Shown here in pieces: positions 53,444-61,706 of a DNA stretch of 61,706 nucleotides. The position numbers and the translations under genes were made by a program. The notes below the pieces were generated by a model. That model searched no databases and was not told the origin of the DNA. It saw only the letters and a list, made by a program, of their open reading frames with translations. The stretch's first letter is position 1. Each line of letters opens with the position of its first letter. This stretch comes from Octopus sinensis (Eukaryota): NCBI RefSeq assembly GCF_006345805.1, contig NW_021824655.1:1-61706 (forward strand), written 5' to 3'.

Positions 53444-53782
53444 GTTTATCAGCCGAGTCTATCGTCAATATTGTGAGGCCTTCCCGTTTGAAGGAAGAGC
53501 TATTTTCATCATTCTTGTGGCTATGGCGAAAGAATGTATCTGCTGGACGCGTCTGAAATGATTGGAGACAAACACTTTTCTTTCTGGTCAAGCTCTCATC
53601 TACTTCTTAAAGCATCACTTGAAAAGGAAAGTGAGAGTAGAGAGGCAAGTTTTCTCTAGAGAATGTTTAAAAAAATGATGGGTGAATGTAGCAAGTATGG
53701 CACGTATGTATGACGAAGTCGTCTTGAGCATAATCCTATGAACCCGGAAAAATTTAAAACAGTGGGTTACCTACTTTGTTTA

Positions 53783-54437
53783 ATAATTTAGATATTGACT
53801 ATAACTGAGTTACGATATTCGTGAGTTTATTATGTTTTTTAAAGCAATATTATATCTTAAAAGATAAATACATTTTTCTATCTATTTTTTTCCCTTATAA
53901 ATTTATATTTAACAAAATAAATGGGTTGGTTGACATAATCGTAATGTTTTAATTTCTAATTTGATAATATTTTTTTTATAAGAAAAATTATTATTTATTT
54001 ATTTCTTGAAAAATATAGTTTAACTCTATTTCATTATTTATTTAACTATTATCATTAACCTGAAGATTGACTGTAATTTTAATTCGAATTTTTAATTGAA
54101 TTTAAACTTAATTGTAATTCGAATTGAATTATAGCCATGAAACATAAGTAGAGTTTTTACTTATTATATTATATTTAACTTTTTGGTTAGTATAAAAAAT
54201 TTTAAAAAAGACAAAAATTTATAGTTTAAAAATTTGAAAATTTAAAAAATTAAAATTTTTAAAAAATATCAAAATATAATAATTTATAAATATAAATTTT
54301 AAAATTTCAAATTTTAATAATTTAAATTTTAAATTTTATATTTTATATATATATTGTATATTTTATTAATTATTTTTTTATGTTTTGGTTTATGTCTATC
54401 ACTGTTTGAGTTGCCTAATAGTGGTTTTATCTCTAAT
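53783..54437 (+). repeat. AT-rich interspersed repeat, copy 2 (see 43167-43710)
   Basis: Collinear similarity; CTGAAGA at 54060-54066, GAAA at 54139-54142. Confidence 0.75.
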
Positions 54438-54999
54438 TTAATTTATATTTATACTATCTAATTTTTCCATGTAAGTTTGGATATACTCCCTAATATTATT
54501 ATTATCATTATTATTATTATATATATATATATATATACATATATAAAAGAGTTTGTTTACTTGTTACGGTTTTCTTTCCATGTGTGGATATCATGTAATA
54601 GCAACAAACAATACATAAGTTGCATGAAAATCCTTTGAGCACCTTAATGTAAAATACTCGCAGAGATTAATTATTCTGAAGACGTACCCAATGGCCTAGT
54701 GGTTTGGGTGTTGCATTGGAGATCGCAAAATCCTGGTTTGGACTGCCGGGCACGTAGTGCGCTGCGTTCATATTGAGAAAAAGACTATATTTTTTGTTGC
54801 TCCTGTCAGCCCTTCTGCAAATGAGTAACCCTGCGATAGATTGGCGTTTCGTTGCGATCTTGGTGACTTATATGCCATGGAAAGAGTCTTGTAACTCAAG
54901 ACAGTTATGTGTAGAGAGGATTTATCTGCCCACCGCATCGGGCTCCTTCCAACATACTCAGCAAATAACGATAAAATAACATGCCTTTTCGTTGTTATC

Positions 55000-55583
55000 A
55001 CGGCTGTGTGGTTAAGAAATTCACTGTGCAACCACAAGATTTTGTGTAGTGCTACTGCATGGTAGCGCCTACTATAATTATGTGATACACAATGCCTTGT
55101 GATTGAATGTCACAGACGGAAACTTTGCGGAAGACCACCTTCCATAAATGTCTATATAGGCGCGCGTGCGTTTGTGTGCGCGTACGTGCGTGTGTGCTTG
55201 TCTCTATCCCCGTTTGACTACCGATTTTAGTCTGTTTACGTCCCCATGTCTTAATTGTTCGGCGAAAGAGATCGATGCACTTTGAGACCGTACCAGACTT
55301 TAAGAAATAACAAAAATGGTGCATGTGTCGATTCATTCGACGAAAATTTTTCAAAGCGGCGCCGTAGCATGGCCGCAGTCTATTGACTAAAACAAATATA
55401 AGAATAAAAGAATGTTTGTCCGCTTGACAACCGGTGTTAGTTTCCTTACGTCCCCATGTCTTAGCGGTTCGACAAACTGAACGATAGAACAAATGCCAAA
55501 ATCAAGTACTAGGGTCGTTTCGATCAACTAAAATCCTTGAAGGTGGTACCCCAGCATGGCCGCAGTACAGGATAAAAGAGAGA
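55000..55583 (+). mobile_element. Diverged SINE family A copy plus a second 3'-half copy
   Basis: cggctgtgtggttaagaaatt...acggaaact...agcatggccgcagtc twice (~55367 and ~55554). Confidence 0.7.
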
Positions 55584-56397
55584 AATGAAAGGAATCGAAG
55601 TAAGTCACAGAGTTACTCTTTTTACAAATGAGTGGACTGGAGCTAGATGAAATGAAGTGTCTTGCTTAAGAATACAACGCACCACCCGGTCCGGAATTCG
55701 TAACCAGAATCTTTTAGCCTTAAGTGTAACACCCGAGCCACTAGACAGCGCACCGACACGAAACTTAATGGTGTTTGTGAAATGAGAAAATAACTATTAC
55801 AGAGAATCGAACGCCGATCGTTGAATCGGTTCATCACAAACTCAATTTTCTGCTTACGGTTTTTCATGTGAGCACTCCCCACCCCATCTGTCCCCACCGA
55901 CATTTACATCAACCCTGATTGATCAAAAGACTCAATTAATGTTCATTTTTCTCTCCTTACCTCGCCCCACCGATTTAAAACCCGTGTGTGCAGGGACAAC
56001 CTGCTTCAGGATGTGGCTGCCTGGGTTGTGGGCGTGGAATGCAATGGAGGTGTTGTGAGGTGTTAGGTCAGATGTGTGTATAAATGGGGGTACATTGAGC
56101 GGAGTAGGGGAGGGTGGAACAGTGATGCTGGTGGTGGTGGAGCTGATGGTAGTGGCGGTGATGGGGGCAGTACTAATGGCCGTGGTGGCGGCGTCTTATC
56201 TGTGCTGTCCATCTTTCGGAGTTAACCACATTTTAATCGAAAAGATATTAACGTTTATGGGAAAACCTGGATCAGTGGAAAATACACATATATACACACA
56301 GTTACATACACACACACACACATATCAATGCATGCACATATGTACATATGTATGTATATATATATATATATATATATACACAATATATATATATATA

Positions 56398-56450
<53 letters not shown>

Positions 56451-56549
56451 TATACACAGACGTGCACAAACAGCCATGCATGCAAGTGCACTTATATAGA
56501 TATTTATATAAGCTTAGACATACACACATATATGCATACATATTTATGC

Positions 56550-56950
56550 ATATAGACGTGAAGGCTCGTGACTTAGTAAGGAACATACCTATCAAAATTT
56601 CTCTAAAGAGCAAGCAAAATAGGCTCAATATTGATGATTGGGCCAGACAAGTAGTATGTACCCTTATAGAAGCCAGCTGCCCTGTTAATGTGAATATCTC
56701 TTTCAAAATCAAAGAGAAATTGGACAACTGCTTTTAAACGTTCCAATTCTATATCCAGATTACAAATTTATACTTATGCCAATAATAATTGGGACACTTG
56801 ATTTTGTGAGTAAATGCCAAAGGGAGAATCTGCATAAGCTAAGGTTTTCAGAAAAAGAAATCAACCAGCTCTCAAGCACATCACAAATACAATCTGTGAG
56901 TGGAACGATAAAAATATACAAGTCTTTTTGTAAATTACATTCCAATGACG
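56550..56950 (+). mobile_element. RLE-type (R2-group) non-LTR retrotransposon C-terminal remnant
   Basis: CTLIEASCPVNVNISFKIKEK and YPDYKFILMPIIIGTLDFVSK...SVSGTIKIYKSF: IE-x-SCP, K-x2-K and PIIIG motifs. Confidence 0.65.
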
Positions 56951-57619
56951 GGGCGTTGTATGTTTGTTAAAAATCAACTTCTTTGTTAAAAATCAACTAA
57001 TTAAAAGCAGAAGAGAAAATATATACTTATACAAGATCGCCATCTGAGGTAGGTATACAAGAAAAACACACATCCTCCGCCTACGTCTACCTATGGTCAC
57101 ATTCTCTGTGGTCACGATCAGAACCTACGGTCGTAGTAGAAGTAGCAGCAATATCAGTAGTAGTAGTAGTTTTATCAATGTAGTTATTGCCAGGTTCCTC
57201 ATGTATTTGTTGTGGGGCGCCGCAGGGGCTTTTACCAACTATTTTATTTTATTTTATTTTCAATTTTTAATTTTTTTTTATTCTTTCCAATTCAATGATC
57301 TTTGGAGCAATTGTTATTAAAGAAGCAAAAGGAAAAAAATGTAATTAAAAACAATTTTAGGCATTAGAAAAACCAATTTGTGACAGAAGAGTGAACTAGA
57401 TCCACTGAAATGATCCGAACCGCCTCGCGTATATAGCGGTAACTGTTGGGTTGTTGGGTTTCAAATAAAAAGGGTCCAGCGGAGGAGCCGTTGCATGGTT
57501 TCCCAATTGGCTAGAAATACCAGTCAAATGCAAACCAAGTCATTACACGCTCTGTTAATTTGAGAAAAAAAAAACTACTTCAAATAATGATTTCAGATTT
57601 TGGCACAAGGAAAACTGGT

Positions 57620-57755
57620 TCTTCATTTATCGACCCCGAAAGAATGAAAGGCAAAGTTGACCTCGGCGGAATTCGAACTCAAAACGTAAAGACCGGACGA
57701 AAAGCTGCTTAGCATTTTTCCCGGCGTGCTAACTGTTCTGCCAGCTCACCGCCTT
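57620..57755 (-). mobile_element. SINE family B
   Basis: rc aaggcggtgagctggcagaacagttagcacgccggg...ccgccgaggtcaactttgcctttcattctttcggggtcgataaa. Confidence 0.8.
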
Positions 57756-58737
57756 ACTCGATTCCAATAATACGGAGTGGCCATGGATAAGACGTTACAT
57801 ATCTTATAGGGCTGTATGTTTGATTCAGGGCTGACATGGTACTAAACAAGAACAACAACAGCACCAACAACAACAACAACATATGTTGAATAGTTGAGTG
57901 GAAAATGCTGAAAGTCTAAACTCGTTTCAGTCCTATTAAGCAAAGAATATCAGAATGTAGAATTTGGTTCCCAGGTATGTAGAAATATGCCAGGAACTGC
58001 AGAGGTGTATAATGATCTTTCTATTTCAAGTGATTGATTACTTATATGCTTTCTACAGCTGCTGCTCTTTCAGGAATGAGCTCTGACCGTCTAGAGGTCA
58101 TCTTCACAATCATAATTGTCATCGTCGTCGTCGTCACCATCTTCGTCACCATTATCCTCCTCATAATATTTATCTTCATCATCATCGTAATCCTCATCAT
58201 CATCGAAATCTCATAAATGCTCAACAAAAATACACAGTAATAATCATCATCATCATCATCAAGTATTCTATAAATCATCTTCAGTCTTCGCCAGTCATCA
58301 TCATCCTCAATCATCAATCACCAATCATCAATCATCAATATCAGTCATCAATCATCAGTCATCAACTCTGACCACTCCTACCGCTATCACCATTATCTTC
58401 AATCGTCTTCCGCTTCATCTCCATCATCATCATCAAGATTTCTCATAAATCATCTTCAGTTTTTACTAATCATCATCGTCAATCATCAATCACCATTATG
58501 AATCATGAACTTCCATTATCCCTCACCGTTAACATCATCACCACAATCTTCAATCTCCTTCCACCACCACCACCACCACTACCACCATCATCATCATCAT
58601 CAACAACAATCCTCCTATCCTACCACTCCTTCTCCTCTTCCGCGTCCTCCCCTTCCTCTTCCTCATCATCATCATCATCATCACCATCATCAACATCATC
58701 ATCACGACCATCATCATCAACAATAACATGCTGACTA

Positions 58738-59116
58738 AGTGAAACGTGTGGAAGCACTCCGTCGGTTACGACGACGAGGGTTCCGGTTGATCCGAATCAA
58801 CGGAACAGCCTGCTCGTCAAATTAACGTGTACAGACAAGTGTACCCTTAACGTAGTTCTCGGGGATATTCAGCGTGACACAGAGAGTGACAAGGCCGGCC
58901 CTTTGAAATACAGGTACAACAGAAACAGGAAGTAAGAGTGAGAGAAAGTTGCGGTGAAAGAGTACAGCAGGGATCACCACCATCCCCTGCCGGAGCCTCG
59001 TGGAGCTTTAGGTGTTTTCGCTCAATAAACACTCACAACGCCCGGTCTGGGAATCGAAACCGCGATCTTATAACCGCGAGTCCGCTGCCCTAACCACTGG
59101 GCCATTGCGCCTCCAC
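58738..59116 (-). mobile_element. SINE with family C head and a different 3' half
   Basis: rc gtggaggcgcaatggcccagtggttagggcagcggactcgcgg...ccctgctgtactcttt matches 31684-31840, then diverges. Confidence 0.8.
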
Positions 59117-59533
59117 AAGTGAAACGTGCCATTCATATCAATCAATACATGTGATCTACCAATTTTATTCCTGAATTCCGATTCTCCCCTAGAATTCTCC
59201 ATTAATTCACTATAAAGAAAACCAAAAAACAAAAAAAAAAACAAAAAATGCACACACGTGAAACTGTTTCAGTGGTAATTCTTATTTTCCAGCGATAAAA
59301 ACTTGTGATAAACACGGTGGATATTTATTTAAAGCACAGCAACACAACATTCACCGTTGAACACGTGATGGCGTGGTCGGGATCAATTCTTCTGTGGATC
59401 TGTTTCACTGTTCTGTCACAAATTGGTTCTTCTAATGTCTAAATATTGTCGTTATTTATTTCATCATCATCATCATCATCTGTTGTCGTTCTTACAGATG
59501 TTGTTGTTGTTATTATTATTATTATTATTATTA

Positions 59534-59593
<60 letters not shown>

Positions 59594-59854
59594 TGCTGTT
59601 ATTATTATTCTTGTTGTTTGCCTGTGTTTTCTTCTTCAAAAACAATTGCTCCAAAGATCACGGAACTGGAAAGAAAAATAACAACAAGAATATTAATAAA
59701 TAGACTCAACCACCACCAACACCACCACCACCACCATCCAAAAAAAGCCGCATTCTGGAATGGCACCACAAAAACTATACAACAACCATAACACAAATAA
59801 CAACGATGATGATGATGATAACAATAATGATAATAGTAATAACAATATGAACAG

Positions 59855-59929
<75 letters not shown>

Positions 59930-60271
59930 CGATGGTTATAATAAATTATTCGACGAATATAAAAACAAGCAGCAGTCGGTTCGGTTCCCATTATCCAAAG
60001 GGGTTTGTGTTCCATGAAATCAATCCCGCCCCTCTTGACATTCGATCCGTAGACCTATCGAATCACCGACCCATTCCACCAATCACCCCGCTTGATTCCT
60101 CCCTCCTCTTCTTCTCTTGACATAACCTCAACCCTACACCCCGAACCAGTCCCCACGAGTTACCTTCTCCTTGATCAGCTCACCGCTACACGATAAAAAG
60201 ACTTCCTACGTTTTTATGATGTGTATGTTGTCTACATATGTATGTGTATATGCATATATGTGCAACTTCAT

Positions 60272-60302
<31 letters not shown>

Positions 60303-60447
60303 GTGGGTGTGTGTGTGTGTGTGTATGTTATATATATATATCTACATATATATTATATGTATATATATACATATATATATATATATGTATATATATACAT
60401 ATATATGTATATGTATGTATATAATATATATATATATTATATATATA

Positions 60448-60485
<38 letters not shown>

Positions 60486-60976
60486 TGCATATAGATGGAT
60501 AGTTAGATATATAGATACATTCATTTACATATATATGCATATATACATCAAGCTACCTATATATATATATATATATAAACATATATATATACACACACAT
60601 TTAAATGTGGGCATGCATAATTGCAATGCATATGTATGCATGTATGTATTTATCTATGTATGTATGCCTGTATTTATGTATGTATGTATGTATGTATGTA
60701 TGTCTGTATGTACGTAAATATAAAGTTGTCTTATATATACGGATGTATTGTGAGTATATGCATGAAGAGGTAGCGTATGTATGTATGTATGTATGTATGT
60801 GTGAACATATATATATTTGGATCTTTATGTGCAAGGATCTTTTTATATAGCTATCTATCTAAACAAAGATAGATTTTTCCATCTATCTAACTATTTATCT
60901 TCCTATATATGCGCCTCCTCATTCACTTCTTTATCTGTCCCTCTTTCTCCCCACGTTCTCTCACCTCCCTACTTCG

Positions 60977-61018
<42 letters not shown>

Positions 61019-61257
61019 TATATTTATACATGTATATATATATATATATATATAGATAATGTATATATGTATATATATGTAGTATGTATAATATATTAGG
61101 TACATATTACACATGCCACACATTTATACCACGCGTGTGTGTGTGTGCGGTGTGTTTTTGCCTGTGTTCACGGAGGTTATATGTTTGTATATACAAGAAT
61201 ATATATGTGTGTGCATGTATTATATATGTATGTATATTATATATGTACTGATATATA

Positions 61258-61306
<49 letters not shown>

Positions 61307-61706
61307 TATATATATAATATATTTATATATATAATATATATATGTGTGGTGTGTGTGGGTGTGTGTACTTATACATATATAAATATGTAGATATGTGGAT
61401 ATATTTATATGTATGTGTGCAGATAGATAGACAGATATATGCCGAGATACACATACATACACATACCCATATATATAGACATGCATAGATATGTGTGTGT
61501 GTCTGTGTGTGTTTACTCGTGTGCTATATATGTCTGAGTGTCTTTAAAAATACATGATATATGCAATGGTAAATAATATTCTAGATAAAAGGAGACCGTT
61601 ATATCCTCCATTTTGTTCCTTTGTATTTTCGTGTATTTTTGCTTCTTCTTTTTTTTCTCCTGCATATTTCTTTATGTTTTCACATTTTTTGGCATCCTAC
61701 ATAAAC

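Overview
AT-rich, microsatellite-saturated animal genomic DNA. The SINE families and repeat content point to a coleoid cephalopod, probably Octopus (inference). Only one host gene is supported: the terminal, homeobox-containing exon of an NK1/Slouch (Nkx1) gene at 5089-5645 (+). The remaining ~56 kb has no other recognisable host gene. It is filled with (TA)n, (CA)n, (GA)n, (TATC)n, (TACA)n and triplet microsatellites, three tRNA-derived SINE families, and remnants of R4/Dong-like, RTE, CR1-group and Tx1 LINEs and Tc1/mariner transposons. It also holds a 5'-truncated Neptune-type Penelope-like element (RT + GIY-YIG). Most ORFs in the supplied track are microsatellite translation artefacts. The main result is a set of mutually unrelated non-coding elements, each embedded in (TA)n and built as a 1.3-1.5x tandem repeat, in two cases with an inverted arm. 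Each carries a type I hammerhead ribozyme fold. These are a 558-nt unit (29267-30095) whose 5' end falls exactly on the predicted self-cleavage site, a 361-nt unit (36765-37689) with a compensatory U3-A8 catalytic core, and a 644-nt unit (43739-44986) with a long stem II. They look like retrozyme-like, non-autonomous partners of Penelope elements. A Tx1 retrotransposon 3' end fused to the 3' part of a 5S rRNA gene (Mutsu-like targeting) is a second notable find. All folds were derived by eye; none were computed or tested.
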